Positions 41,584 through 52,056 are shown, numbered from the stretch's first letter. The stretch is 64,000 nucleotides of DNA from an uncultured Candidatus Binatia bacterium (GCA_965214605.1 OZ243961.1:1600001-1664000); one strand, 5' to 3'. Translations and numbers: made by a program. The notes: a model not told the origin generated them from the sequence alone.

Positions 41584-42405
41584 ATGGCACAGATCGTTGC
41601 GGCTATGGGCTCCGTCCATAACCCGTTGTTAATCGCAGGTCCGGCCCGGGTGGAAGCACAAACATGGGAAAAGTTCGAACGCGGCTTTGCTGCCCTGCGG
41701 CAGACCCTCCAGGATTCGGGCACCGACACGGTGGTAGTCATTTCAGATGAGCATTTTAACGCCCTCAGCCCTCGCCACTATCCGTCCTTTGGTGTGGTCG
41801 CAGCCGAAACCTGCCGTGGTCCGTCAGAAAACTGGCTCGGGGTGCCATGCGATAGTATCACCGTAAACTGCCTGCCCGAGCTCGCCGAGGCAATCATGCA
41901 CGAGGGCCTACAGCAGGGCTTTGACCTGACCCGCATTGGCGAGGCCGGGCTGGACCACGGATTTCTGACCTGTCTGCATCACATGACCCCGGACTGGGAT
42001 TTATCCTATGTGTGGCTGATTCAGAACTGCGTGCTGCCCCCGCTGCCAAGCGTTAAGCGGTGCTACGATTTTGGTCGCATGGTCGGGGACGCGATTCGGG
42101 CCTGGGACGGCCCCCGCCGGGTTGCCTTGCTCGGTACGGGCGGCTTATCGCACGCCGTCGGCACCCCGGATATGGGTATCGTCGATGAAGAGTTCGATAC
42201 CAGGCTGCTCGACATGCTCTGCGAGAACAGCCCGGCGCTCTGCGATATTACGGATGCCGAGATGGACGCCCGGGGCAACGGAACGCATGAGATCCGTAAC
42301 TGGATTGCGGTGGCCGGAGCAGTCAACGGGGCTAAAGGCGAAGTGATCATGTACGAAAACGCCATGGGCTGCGGCTCGGGTATGATGCGCTACCATATGG
42401 CCTAA
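41584..42405 (+). CDS. LigB/MhpB-family type II extradiol dioxygenase
   Basis: SVHNP, SDEH, LDHG, GTGGLSH, EIRNWI. Confidence 0.9.
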   Translation: MAQIVAAMGSVHNPLLIAGPARVEAQTWEKFERGFAALRQTLQDSGTDTVVVISDEHFNALSPRHYPSFGVVAAETCRGPSENWLGVPCDSITVNCLPELAEAIMHEGLQQGFDLTRIGEAGLDHGFLTCLHHMTPDWDLSYVWLIQNCVLPPLPSVKRCYDFGRMVGDAIRAWDGPRRVALLGTGGLSHAVGTPDMGIVDEEFDTRLLDMLCENSPALCDITDAEMDARGNGTHEIRNWIAVAGAVNGAKGEVIMYENAMGCGSGMMRYHMA

Positions 42406-42416
42406 GGAGACCCGCT

Positions 42417-42964
42417 GTGTCCGCGCGCACTCATGCCAAGACAATCGGTTCGCCGCCGGGCCCGGTGTCTTTCCACCAGACCCGGCAGGACTGCCAAAAG
42501 GGCCAGCTGTCCCTGCCGGATTTCAAGCGCAGTAAAGCCTGGGCGGGCGAGGTTCTCGGATTCGCAATCGTCACCGACGGCGACACGCACCCTCTTGTGT
42601 TTACTGGCAGCCTGACCGGGGCGCCCGAGGCGTATCACTCCCGTCTCAGGTCCACGCTGGGCATTGGTACGGAGTTACGCCGGAAGATGAGCTACCAGTG
42701 TGTCTAACCAGGAAAATTCGTCGCCGGCTGGCCGGCGAGCCGTTTGCCCATGCCCAGGGGCAAACGGATAAGCCGCTCAAGATATCCCTGTCCAACCCGC
42801 TGATGCCCGCCCTGGTATGGGTGTCCGAACACTCAACGGCCGTCTACACCGCTCCGTTCGCGCTGTTCGCCGATATCCTCTCTCAAGCAATCCAAGAACT
42901 CGCCGATCCGGGGGACCTGTATATTCAGATCACCGGGCCCGAGTTGGCCCAGCGGGCATGGTAA
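42417..42964 (+). pseudogene. Degraded fragment of a cobalamin-independent methionine synthase II-family gene
   Basis: Two frames carry eroded family motifs in order: TIGSPPGP, GFAIVTDGD, KISLSNP, ELADPGDLYIQITGPELA; frameshift near 42700, C-terminal half absent. Confidence 0.6.
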
Positions 42965-42996
42965 GCCGAGGCCCAAGTCTGGCCCCCAGCCGTTAT

Positions 42997-43779
42997 ATGA
43001 CCGAGTACGACCAGCTCGACGCAGTTTTCTACGATCACTATTCACTCGGTCTGGACGGCGACGTCGAGTTCTATGTTGAGGAGGCCAAACAGGCCGGCTC
43101 GAGGGTCTTAGAGCTGGGCTGCGGGACGGGTCGCATTCTCATCCCCACCGCTCAAGCCGGCATCCCGATCATCGGTCTCGACCGCGCTACGGCCATGTTG
43201 ACCAGGACTGAGCAAAAAATCGCAACTCTGTCCCCCGCTGTCCGTAGTCTGGTGACTCTTAAACACGCCGACATGCGCGCCTTCCGAATCGACCCGGCAC
43301 TGCGGCTCATCACCGTTCCGTACCGTGCTTTTCTCTACCTGCTGACCCTCAAGGACCAACGTCAAGCCCTCGCCTGCATCCACCGCCATCTGAGTCCACG
43401 CGGCCGTCTTATCCTCAATATCTTTGATCCAGATGTCGAAACCCTGGCCACCCATAGCGGGCCGCTGGGGTCGGTCCTCAAGAGAGACCTCGTCTTTCAA
43501 CATCCGCACACCGGGCGGCGGGTGATAAGCTGGGAGGCGCGCCGCTACGATCTAGAACGTCAGCTGCTCGAACAGTCAACCATCTTCGAAGAGGTCGATG
43601 CGGCGGGCTGCACCTTGTCCCGCACCCACCGCTCGCTCACCCTCCGCTATATGTTTCGCTACGAAATGCGTCACCTGCTGGAGTTGACCGGTTTCAGAGT
43701 CGAGGCCTTATACGGCGACTTTCGGCGGGGACCATTTACCCATGGTGGTGAACAGATTTGGATTGCGAGAAAAGCCTAG
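42997..43779 (+). CDS. Class I SAM-dependent methyltransferase
   Basis: VLELGCGTGR, GLD, ADMR, LYGDF. Confidence 0.9.
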   Translation: MTEYDQLDAVFYDHYSLGLDGDVEFYVEEAKQAGSRVLELGCGTGRILIPTAQAGIPIIGLDRATAMLTRTEQKIATLSPAVRSLVTLKHADMRAFRIDPALRLITVPYRAFLYLLTLKDQRQALACIHRHLSPRGRLILNIFDPDVETLATHSGPLGSVLKRDLVFQHPHTGRRVISWEARRYDLERQLLEQSTIFEEVDAAGCTLSRTHRSLTLRYMFRYEMRHLLELTGFRVEALYGDFRRGPFTHGGEQIWIARKA

Positions 43780-43795
43780 GGGAAAGGAAGCCGTC

Positions 43796-45583
43796 ATGAA
43801 GAAGTTCTTGGTTCGCACCTTGGCAACAATCGGCGCCTCGGTTGTCATCATCGTCATTTTTGGACTGCTGTCATCATTCATGTTCCGACAGCATGTCCCG
43901 GACAGCGTGGTCTTGGAGATGGACCTCGGTCGGGGGCTAGTTGAGTATCTACCGGCCGATCCCGTAGCCGGCCTGATGTTTGAGAGAGTGTATACCACGC
44001 GAGACGTAGTGGACGCCCTAGAACGGGCGGCCCAGGACGAACGGGTTGTCGGACTGCTGGCCCGGATCACACCGGGCAGTCTGGGCTTGGCCCAGATCCA
44101 GGAAATTCGTGACGCGGTCCACTTCTTTCGGGCTCAGGGGAAACCCGCCGTGGCCTACGCCGAATCATTGGGGGGCATTGGTCCGGGCAACGGCGTATAT
44201 TATCTGGCCACCGCCTTTGAGGAAATCTATATCCAACCATCCGGTGGGGTGGGTTTGACCGGTCTGATGGTTGAAAGCACCTTCTTTCAGGGCACGCTTG
44301 AGAAACTTGGCATTGAGCCACGTATCGGCTTTCGCGGCAAGTATAAAAACGCGGTCAATCTGTACACCCAACGGAAATACACTCCACCGCATAAAGAGGC
44401 CGTGCAGCGGGTTATGGATTCGCAGTTCGATCAGCTGGTGGGCGGTATTGCCCAAGCCCGCGACCTTGACCAGGACCAAGTACGAGCCCTGATTAACACC
44501 GGACCTTTCCTCGCCCAGGATGCGCTCAAGGCCAATCTCGTAGACGGCCTCGCCTATCGGGATGAAGTGTATTCCACAATGACCGAACGAATCGGACAAG
44601 AGGCCGCTCGGCTATCCCTGTTCACCTATCTGGATCGGGCCGGCCGGCCCCATGCTGAGGGCGACGGTATCGCTCTTATCTACGGGGTTGGCATCGTCCA
44701 ATCCGGTAAAACGAGCTACGATCCGCTGTTCGGCGGTCCGACCATGGGCGCTGACACGGTCGCCGCCGCCTTTCGGCGTGCGGTTGCCGATACTGACGTC
44801 CGGGCCATTATCTTTCGCGTTGACAGCCGGGGCGGCTCACCCATTGCCTCGGAGACAATCTGGCATGAGACGATTCGTGCCAAACTGGCAGGGAAGCCAG
44901 TGATTGTCTCAATGGGCAACATGGCTGGCTCGGGGGGCTATATGATTGCAACCGGGGCCGATAAAATCGTCGCCCAACCGGGAACGATTACCGGCTCAAT
45001 CGGCGTCTTTGGCGGTAAACTCTTGACCGCTCGGCTGTCAGAAAAAATGGGCTTGTCGTCCGATGAGGTCCATACCAGCGACAACGCCACGATGTGGAGT
45101 AGCAACCTGGACTTCAGCTCTGCCCAGTGGGAAAAATTTAATCAGCAGCTCGACTGGATTTATCACGACTTCACCACAAAAGTGGCCCAGGGCCGAAAGC
45201 TGGACCACGAACAGGTCCTCTCGGTCGCCGAGGGCCGTATCTGGACCGGCGAAGACGCCAAAGCGCACGGGCTAGTTGATGAGTTGGGTGGCTTTCCAGT
45301 CGCGCTACGTTTGGCTAAAGAAGCGGCGGGGATCGCCGCAGACGCACCGGTTCAGGTCAGACTCTTTCCCCGTGCACAGTCTTTTGCCGCCATCCTCCTC
45401 TCCCGCCTGTTAGGCGATGAAGACACCGAAGACCAGGCCTATATCCCTGGGGCGGCCCTGCGACCCATCCTCCACACCCTCCAACCCCTCATCCATCTGA
45501 TACAAGACCTCGGTTTGGGTGCTGAACCGGGTGCCTTGACCATGCCGGCGTGGCAGCTAAGAGGAGAGAAGAGCATGCCCTAA
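43796..45583 (+). CDS. sppA: Signal peptide peptidase SppA, long type
   Basis: YYLATA, GKYKNA, RVDSRGGS, SMGNMAGSGGY, TGSIGV, EGRIWTG. Confidence 0.93.
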   Translation: MKKFLVRTLATIGASVVIIVIFGLLSSFMFRQHVPDSVVLEMDLGRGLVEYLPADPVAGLMFERVYTTRDVVDALERAAQDERVVGLLARITPGSLGLAQIQEIRDAVHFFRAQGKPAVAYAESLGGIGPGNGVYYLATAFEEIYIQPSGGVGLTGLMVESTFFQGTLEKLGIEPRIGFRGKYKNAVNLYTQRKYTPPHKEAVQRVMDSQFDQLVGGIAQARDLDQDQVRALINTGPFLAQDALKANLVDGLAYRDEVYSTMTERIGQEAARLSLFTYLDRAGRPHAEGDGIALIYGVGIVQSGKTSYDPLFGGPTMGADTVAAAFRRAVADTDVRAIIFRVDSRGGSPIASETIWHETIRAKLAGKPVIVSMGNMAGSGGYMIATGADKIVAQPGTITGSIGVFGGKLLTARLSEKMGLSSDEVHTSDNATMWSSNLDFSSAQWEKFNQQLDWIYHDFTTKVAQGRKLDHEQVLSVAEGRIWTGEDAKAHGLVDELGGFPVALRLAKEAAGIAADAPVQVRLFPRAQSFAAILLSRLLGDEDTEDQAYIPGAALRPILHTLQPLIHLIQDLGLGAEPGALTMPAWQLRGEKSMP

Positions 45584-45602
45584 CCAACCCTGAAACCTGT
45601 CC

Positions 45603-48290
45603 CTACCTGACCAAACGGGGGGCGACACTCGGATCAGCCAGCGGACCCGTCACCCGGAACGACAGCGTCGTCAGGCGGTTTGCCCCACGGGCCAGGAGTT
45701 TTCCCGCCAACGGCACTTTAGCAACACTGCTGGTGATGCCGTGCAGGGGCACCAACGCCGTGGTCAGATCCAAGCGAGGTGGAGCGAGAGCCAGGCTGCC
45801 GCTGGTATCGAACCGCACCGCGCTGCTGGTGAGCACCAGATTGTCGGTCCGAATCATCCCCGTGTCGATTGTCAGGTCTCCGCTTAAGGAGGAAAAGGCC
45901 AAGCCGGTGCCGAGACTCGGCAACTCAAAGCTGAGCAAACCCTGGAGACTCAAGGCCGACCACAGCCGGACCAGAATGGGCAACCGCTGGACAACACCGT
46001 CGCGCAGCACCAACGACAAATCGGCGTCCCAATCAACCAAGTGCTCCCACCGCTGCCAGTCGGGCATGTGAATCCGGCCGTTTCCGCTCAGCGTGCCGCT
46101 CAGCGTGCTGGTCGGCTTACCGATCGCCCGCAAGAAATGCGATGCGTCCACCTCGGTTAGCCGTGGCGTCAGCAACACCGCCCGACGATCGGGCCACAGC
46201 ACGGCCTGCCCCTCTACCCGCCCCCCGGCGATGTGTGCGCCGGTCAACGTTAGATCGGCCTGACGGTCGTGCCAGTGGTAGGCCAGGCGCAAGTCTTGAG
46301 CCTGCAGAGATTTATAGCGCAAGCGGTCGGTCCTCAGATTGCCACGGACCACCGCGCCGGATATTCCTGCCCCCTGCTGCGGCCTGCCGAGTGCCAGGGC
46401 TGCCTCAAGATCAAGAGCGGTCAGGTCAGCGGACAACTCGACATGCGGAGGATACAGGGACTCGAACCGCCCCTGTCCGCTCAAGGCGGCACCGGCCAAG
46501 CTGCCCTGACTCACGCGAAACGTTCCCTCCTGGCCGTGCCAGGCAACCCGCCCCTGGCCCACCTCAAGCGGCTGGAGAAAAGACACCAGATCAACCACAA
46601 TCCGCTTCAGTTGCAGCTCGCCCGCGGTATGTGGCGCACGCCTGTCCGTGGTTAGGGAGGCCTCAATATAACCGCTGAGCGTCCCGTTTGCGGCGAGCAG
46701 CGTTCCGGGCGGCAGAGGCAGCAAGGTCGCCACGTCACGGTCATGGGCCTTGAGGACTGCCACGTGTAGCTCAGCGGTACGACGCGGCGATAGGTAATCG
46801 GCCACCCAACCACGGACGTTGAAGGACGACTGCCCGATCTGTAAGGCCAGTTCGTCAATCGTCACCCGTACCGGATCGACGTGCAGCGTTCCGGCCAGTC
46901 CAGAGATATCGGCGTGCCAGCCCGGCAGATGAAAGGCGGCCTGCCGCAGGCGCACCTGTCCATTATAGCGCAGTTCGGCTGGCCGGCCCTGCAGGCGGAG
47001 CTGTACGCGCGCCTGTCCGCGAGCCTTTTGCACCTGCTGCAACACATGTCCGGGTTCGACTCCAGCCGCAACGGCCAGCACTGGCACGAGCCCGTCTGAG
47101 AGGTCGACCTCGGCGTCTAGCCACAGCTCGGCCTGAGGCTGGGCAGACAGGACGCGGGCGATACGACCCCGGACGCTGACGGATGACTCGCCAGCGCTCG
47201 CTCGCACCCCGCTAAGCGCCAACTGGCCCTGGTCCAGGTGCAGCGAGCCGGCGTGAATCACAACCGGCAGGAGGTGCGGGCCAACTTCGACCCGCCCGTC
47301 CATCATCTCGGCTTGCGCGCTGATACGGTCCGGCGCCTGCCACACCAGCTTGCTCAGCACCGTTTTCCCGTGGCTCAGCCGCCCCATACCGAACGGCATC
47401 TCGCTGAGTTCAGCCTCCCCGCTCAGTTCAAGCCGCCGAGTCCCCCTCGTCGCCCAGCGTCCGTTAAAATCAAGCCGGGCCTGTGGCCACCGCCTCCCCA
47501 GCCAACGACCAGCTTGAGCGAGGCTCAGATTGCGCAGACGGGCCGTGCCCTCGCACTCCAGCCGGTCAAGGACAGCGTCCGGCCTCCAGCCCGGCAGCCA
47601 TGCCTGGAGACTGATCTGCCCCATCCCTCCACTGGATCCGAGGCCGAACTGTAAGCGTGCGCTCAGTCCCTTGCCCTCGCTATAGCTGAGGTCCAGATCG
47701 CTCCCCACCATCACCAGATCAGCGTCTTGCGCCGAACCGCCATACCACACCTGACTGTCCTGTAATACCAGGTGACGCACCGCAAGCCTCGGAGACAGCC
47801 AGCCGTGTCCGGCCCGCCCGGCGTGCGTCTGCCCTTGCAAGGCCCGCTCCACCAAGGGCGGGAGAGACGCGGTCCCATCCTCGGCTGCCAGCCGGATGCG
47901 GGGACGCAGACAGTAGATATGCCGAAACAGGAGCTGACCGCGCAGTAGAGCGGTCAAGTCGAGGAGTACGTCGACGCGCTCAGCAGTCAAAAACGGCGCA
48001 TCCTCTGACCGATTTTGGACCACTAGCTCCTCAAGCCCAATCCCCAAGCCACGGCGAAACGACACTGCGCTGCCGGCCACCCGTACCTGAGCTCCCAGCA
48101 GGGCACTCAGGTGCTGCGTCAGAAACGGCTGAGAGCGGTGGGACGACAGCCACCAGGCAACCGCCAGTAAAACGAGCAGGCAGCCCACTGCACCGCCGCT
48201 ACCCACTATACACAAGCCGCGCCACAGGCGACGGCAGTTGAATCTGGCTCTCAAGAGGGATTTTTTCCTCCCTATCGGACACGTGACCAA
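45603..48290 (-). CDS. AsmA-like / YhdP-family envelope protein
   Basis: N-terminal TM anchor, beta-rich body, C-terminal F.VTGPLADPSV. Confidence 0.75.
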   Translation of the reverse strand: MVTCPIGRKKSLLRARFNCRRLWRGLCIVGSGGAVGCLLVLLAVAWWLSSHRSQPFLTQHLSALLGAQVRVAGSAVSFRRGLGIGLEELVVQNRSEDAPFLTAERVDVLLDLTALLRGQLLFRHIYCLRPRIRLAAEDGTASLPPLVERALQGQTHAGRAGHGWLSPRLAVRHLVLQDSQVWYGGSAQDADLVMVGSDLDLSYSEGKGLSARLQFGLGSSGGMGQISLQAWLPGWRPDAVLDRLECEGTARLRNLSLAQAGRWLGRRWPQARLDFNGRWATRGTRRLELSGEAELSEMPFGMGRLSHGKTVLSKLVWQAPDRISAQAEMMDGRVEVGPHLLPVVIHAGSLHLDQGQLALSGVRASAGESSVSVRGRIARVLSAQPQAELWLDAEVDLSDGLVPVLAVAAGVEPGHVLQQVQKARGQARVQLRLQGRPAELRYNGQVRLRQAAFHLPGWHADISGLAGTLHVDPVRVTIDELALQIGQSSFNVRGWVADYLSPRRTAELHVAVLKAHDRDVATLLPLPPGTLLAANGTLSGYIEASLTTDRRAPHTAGELQLKRIVVDLVSFLQPLEVGQGRVAWHGQEGTFRVSQGSLAGAALSGQGRFESLYPPHVELSADLTALDLEAALALGRPQQGAGISGAVVRGNLRTDRLRYKSLQAQDLRLAYHWHDRQADLTLTGAHIAGGRVEGQAVLWPDRRAVLLTPRLTEVDASHFLRAIGKPTSTLSGTLSGNGRIHMPDWQRWEHLVDWDADLSLVLRDGVVQRLPILVRLWSALSLQGLLSFELPSLGTGLAFSSLSGDLTIDTGMIRTDNLVLTSSAVRFDTSGSLALAPPRLDLTTALVPLHGITSSVAKVPLAGKLLARGANRLTTLSFRVTGPLADPSVAPRLVR

Positions 48291-48306
48291 GAGCTTAGGT
48301 GTCGAT

Positions 48307-49152
48307 TTAGTTCGCCTCCGGCTTCACAAATTTGAGCGTCATGCGGTCGCTCTCACCGATGGTGAGGTAGGTGTCGCGGTCTGTGTCCCCTAACCGTAAG
48401 ACGGGCGGCAGCGTCCACACCCCGCCCTCGTAGTCTTTGGTATCCCTTGAATTGGCGTTTATTTCCGAGCGGTCAAGCAGTTCGAAGCCTGCAGCCTGGG
48501 CTAGAGCGATCACATGGTCTTCATTCACATAGCCTGAAGCTGCCTTGGGATCCTGAGCGACCTCGGGGTTGCCACGATGCTCGGTCAGGCCCAGAATCCC
48601 TCCCGGCTTGAGCGCCTTATACAGGGCGGCAAAAACGGCGGCAGCATAGCCCCCGCCCATCCAGTTATGCACGTTACGGAAGGTCAGCACCATATCGGCC
48701 GAGCCCTCAGGAGCGATCGCCGTCTTGTCGGCCTGCGGGGCGAGCTCGGTTACCGTCACCGCGCTGTACAGTTCAGCATTAGCGGCGAGCTTCTCATTCA
48801 TGGCCTTGACTGAACGCTGGATATAGTCCACTGACGACTCCGCATTCGGTCCAGCCGCATAGTACTTACCCTGGTCTTTGAGAAACGGAGCCAGAATTTC
48901 CATATACCAGCCTGCTGAGCCGGGCCAAATCTCAACCACTGTCATATCCGACTGAAGACCGAACCAGGTCAGCGTCTCGACCGGATGGCGGTAGCTATTG
49001 CGGGCTTTGTGCTCGGCTGAGCGGTGCTCGCCATCGGCCAGGGCCTGCAGAGCCATCTGGACCGAGTCACCCTGTCCATGCTGGTCGGCATACACTGGCA
49101 AGCTGAGTAATAACCCACTGATGACCAGGCTTTGACACACCACGCTCTTCAT
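48307..49152 (-). CDS. Exported class I methyltransferase-like protein
   Basis: Signal peptide, YRHPVETL, VVEIWPG..GWY, TFRNVHNW, IGESDRMTL. Confidence 0.82.
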   Translation of the reverse strand: MKSVVCQSLVISGLLLSLPVYADQHGQGDSVQMALQALADGEHRSAEHKARNSYRHPVETLTWFGLQSDMTVVEIWPGSAGWYMEILAPFLKDQGKYYAAGPNAESSVDYIQRSVKAMNEKLAANAELYSAVTVTELAPQADKTAIAPEGSADMVLTFRNVHNWMGGGYAAAVFAALYKALKPGGILGLTEHRGNPEVAQDPKAASGYVNEDHVIALAQAAGFELLDRSEINANSRDTKDYEGGVWTLPPVLRLGDTDRDTYLTIGESDRMTLKFVKPEAN

Positions 49153-49309
49153 ACAACAACTCTCCTTATTTCTGTCAGCGCTTGACCGCCACTCAGCGCT
49201 CTGGGTGACGGGCTAGACAACTCCCGAAACGGCCGGGCCAACGACCCGGCCCCTCACGGGATCCACTTAATCGACTGGGATAAACACGGCAGGACCACCG
49301 CGCTCCCCC

Positions 49310-50068
49310 CTAGGCAGCAAGTTTCCGGCTGCCCTGCATGGCCGGGAGACTGGGATCTAGCGCAAACCGCAGCCGCGGCAGATCCGTGTCACATCGCGTA
49401 AACGTGGCGGTCATCGGATTGGTACACTGCAAACGGTTGTCCGCACCCCAGGCCGACGCGTCGAGCGTTTTGAGGTGAGGAATCCCACGCTGGGCGGCGT
49501 GAAAGACGTATTCCGGATCGACCTGAATGATCAGCGGTTTTTCTTCACCGTCCTCGCGCACTCGCACGAGATGCAAGCTGTCGATATACGTCACATCCGA
49601 CCCAGAGACATGTTCCGGATTTTCGGCCTCCATGTTTAAGATCGTCCGGCCGTCCCGCTCGACCGTACCAATCACTCGGTCATGACGCGCCTGAAGGCCG
49701 ATCGTGCCCAGCTCAAGCGTGAATCCCCAGCGCACCCTGAGCTCGTCTGCCGCCCGCTCAGAATTGGTGTAAGCGCCCACAACATAGCCCCGGGGCCGAA
49801 TCCCGGCTCGGACAACCAGCCGGACCTGAGCCAGCGCATACGGCCCGACCGGACTGTCAGGAAAACGAGCGACCGACAATGTGGCATACGGCGGAATACT
49901 CGGATGCAGAGCAGGCGCAACCAGCCATTCGGCCGGCTCTTCAACAACCTCAAAACTCAGCTGCAAAATCTCGGCCCCTTTGAGTTCCCACGGGTCGGTA
50001 TCGAGTCCGCTCAGAAGCGGCGCACGCGCCGCCGCGGCCTGCACGTCCTGTTTTCCAAACACCGGCAT
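49310..50068 (-). CDS. Acetoacetate decarboxylase-superfamily protein
   Basis: LHPSIPP, DSPVGPY..A, RWGF; its ATG overlaps the stop of the upstream LLM gene. Confidence 0.7.
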   Translation of the reverse strand: MPVFGKQDVQAAAARAPLLSGLDTDPWELKGAEILQLSFEVVEEPAEWLVAPALHPSIPPYATLSVARFPDSPVGPYALAQVRLVVRAGIRPRGYVVGAYTNSERAADELRVRWGFTLELGTIGLQARHDRVIGTVERDGRTILNMEAENPEHVSGSDVTYIDSLHLVRVREDGEEKPLIIQVDPEYVFHAAQRGIPHLKTLDASAWGADNRLQCTNPMTATFTRCDTDLPRLRFALDPSLPAMQGSRKLAA

Positions 50069-51177
50069 TAGCTCGCTCCTCCAGTCGCCGCGTTGGCCTG
50101 TGAGTCGGCAAAGGCCGGCATGACCTCTTTGGCAAACAGCCGAAGACTGTCGAGGACCTGCTGCTGGGGGATGATCTCGGCCGCGTTGAGCATGAACCCG
50201 ACCCGGTCCACCCCACAGGCTTCCCACTTCTTGAGCTCTTTAACTAGGTGAGCCGGGTTGCCGACCGCAATCCCCTCCGGCGCGGCGTTATATTCGCCCG
50301 GACTCGAGGCCTGGCGGCGCAGCGATGGCAGCAGTCCTGCAGACGGATAGGACTTGGCTGGGTAGGCTTCCTTGGCCATATCAAGCTGGGCGGCCAAATA
50401 ATTGAAGTGCTGAATCATCCGCATCCCCGTCTTGGCCCCGACCTCGTTGTCTTCATGGCAGTACAGGAAGTTGACCGTATTGACCTGGTTGTTCACAAAG
50501 CCGCCAACCGGAGTACAGTTCTGTATACGCCGCCGGTACTCTTTGACCTTGGCCTCTTGCTCGGCAAACGTGGTAAACGTCACCCCCAAGCTTCCGATAC
50601 CACGGTCGGCGGCGTCGAGTTCGGTGCCGGGACTGGTGACCGCCACCCACATAGGCGGATGGGGCTTCTGATACGGTTTGGGCAACACCGCCCGGGACGG
50701 CATGGAGAAATATTTACCCGCATAGCTGAAGCGTTCCTGCATCCACATTTTGGGAATGCAGTGCACAAACTCGTCCCAGCTCTTCTTGGTATCGTCCGGG
50801 TTAGCACCAAAGCCACCCAACTCCGTCCACGTTGCCGAACGGCCCGTCCCAAACTGCAAGCGCCCACCGGACAGAATGTCCAGGGCTGCCGCCCGCTCGG
50901 CGATCCGAATCGGATGATTAAACTCCGGCACACAGATGACAATACCGTGGCCGACATTGATCTGCTCGGTCTGCATGGCGCACGCAGTCAGGAACAGTTC
51001 GGGCGCGGCACAGTGCGAGTATTCTTCCAGAAAATGATGCTCAACCGCCCAGACCTGATCAAAGCCAAGCTCGTCGGCCAGCCGCACTTGTTCAAGGGCG
51101 TTCAGATACACAGCCCGCTCAGATTCCCGATCCCAAGGACGCGGCACAGACAGTTCATAGAAAATACCAAACTTCAT
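50068..51177 (-). CDS. Luciferase-like (LLM) flavin-dependent monooxygenase
   Basis: MKFGIFYE, VEHHF.EEYSH, HPIRIAE..A.LD.LSGGR, PKPYQKPHPP. Confidence 0.9.
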   Translation of the reverse strand: MKFGIFYELSVPRPWDRESERAVYLNALEQVRLADELGFDQVWAVEHHFLEEYSHCAAPELFLTACAMQTEQINVGHGIVICVPEFNHPIRIAERAAALDILSGGRLQFGTGRSATWTELGGFGANPDDTKKSWDEFVHCIPKMWMQERFSYAGKYFSMPSRAVLPKPYQKPHPPMWVAVTSPGTELDAADRGIGSLGVTFTTFAEQEAKVKEYRRRIQNCTPVGGFVNNQVNTVNFLYCHEDNEVGAKTGMRMIQHFNYLAAQLDMAKEAYPAKSYPSAGLLPSLRRQASSPGEYNAAPEGIAVGNPAHLVKELKKWEACGVDRVGFMLNAAEIIPQQQVLDSLRLFAKEVMPAFADSQANAATGGAS

Positions 51178-51276
51178 AACGACCTCCTCCAAAAAACGAT
51201 GCGCTTATCCACTCTCGCCTCTCCTCTTAGCGTATCCAGAGGCCTGCGGTAAAGAGCCAGACTGAGCGCAGCGGCT

Positions 51277-52056
51277 TTACTGTTTTCGAAACGGGGCCAA
51301 GGCCTCGGCGGCCTGGAGCGTGGCCTGTCTGAGGAGGACCAGATCGGTGCCGTACAAAATATACTGGGCCCCGCTATGCACAACGGCCTCGACGCTGTCC
51401 GGTCTGGTCAGAGCCCCGGCGGTGGCAATCCCGCGTTCTTTGCACAGCGTTCGCACTCGGCCGACGATGTCGCGCAGTTCGGGCCGATCAAATTCGCCCG
51501 GAAACCCCAAGCTGTGAGCCAGGTCTTGGGTACCGACCAAAGCCAGATCAATGCCGGGCTGTAAAATGTCGTCCAGATTTTCAACCGCCTGCTCGGTCTC
51601 AATAATGACTCCCAGTAGGGTATTGGCGTTCGCGTGGGCCATGGCCTGCACCGAATCAATATCCTCGTAATCCGTGCTGGCACCCAGATAAATGGCGACC
51701 CCGCGCTTTCCCTGAGGATGATACTTGGCCATTTTAATGAAATGGCGGACTTCGTCCCCGGTTCTGACGTGAGGCACGATCAGACTCTGACAGCCTGAGT
51801 CCAACAGTCGGGTGACGTGCTCATATTCCAGGTCGGGAATACGCACGACCGGGCTGAGCCCGGCGGCGTGGGCCTGATGTACCAGTTCGACCACGGTTTC
51901 CAGGTTATAGGCCGAGTGCTCGCTACAGATCATGACGAAATCCATCCCGGCCGCGGCCAGGGTATGCAGGACCCCCCGACCGCGCACCTCCCAGAGTAAG
52001 GTCCCCAGCGCCACGTCACCCGCCTTGAGAGTTTTCTTGAGCTGATTTTCACGCAT
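51277..52056 (-). CDS. HpcH/HpaI-family class II aldolase
   Basis: EHS, VRIP, RLLDSG, P.G.RG, IETEQAVENLDDI, G.QDL. Confidence 0.88.
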   Translation of the reverse strand: MRENQLKKTLKAGDVALGTLLWEVRGRGVLHTLAAAGMDFVMICSEHSAYNLETVVELVHQAHAAGLSPVVRIPDLEYEHVTRLLDSGCQSLIVPHVRTGDEVRHFIKMAKYHPQGKRGVAIYLGASTDYEDIDSVQAMAHANANTLLGVIIETEQAVENLDDILQPGIDLALVGTQDLAHSLGFPGEFDRPELRDIVGRVRTLCKERGIATAGALTRPDSVEAVVHSGAQYILYGTDLVLLRQATLQAAEALAPFRKQ

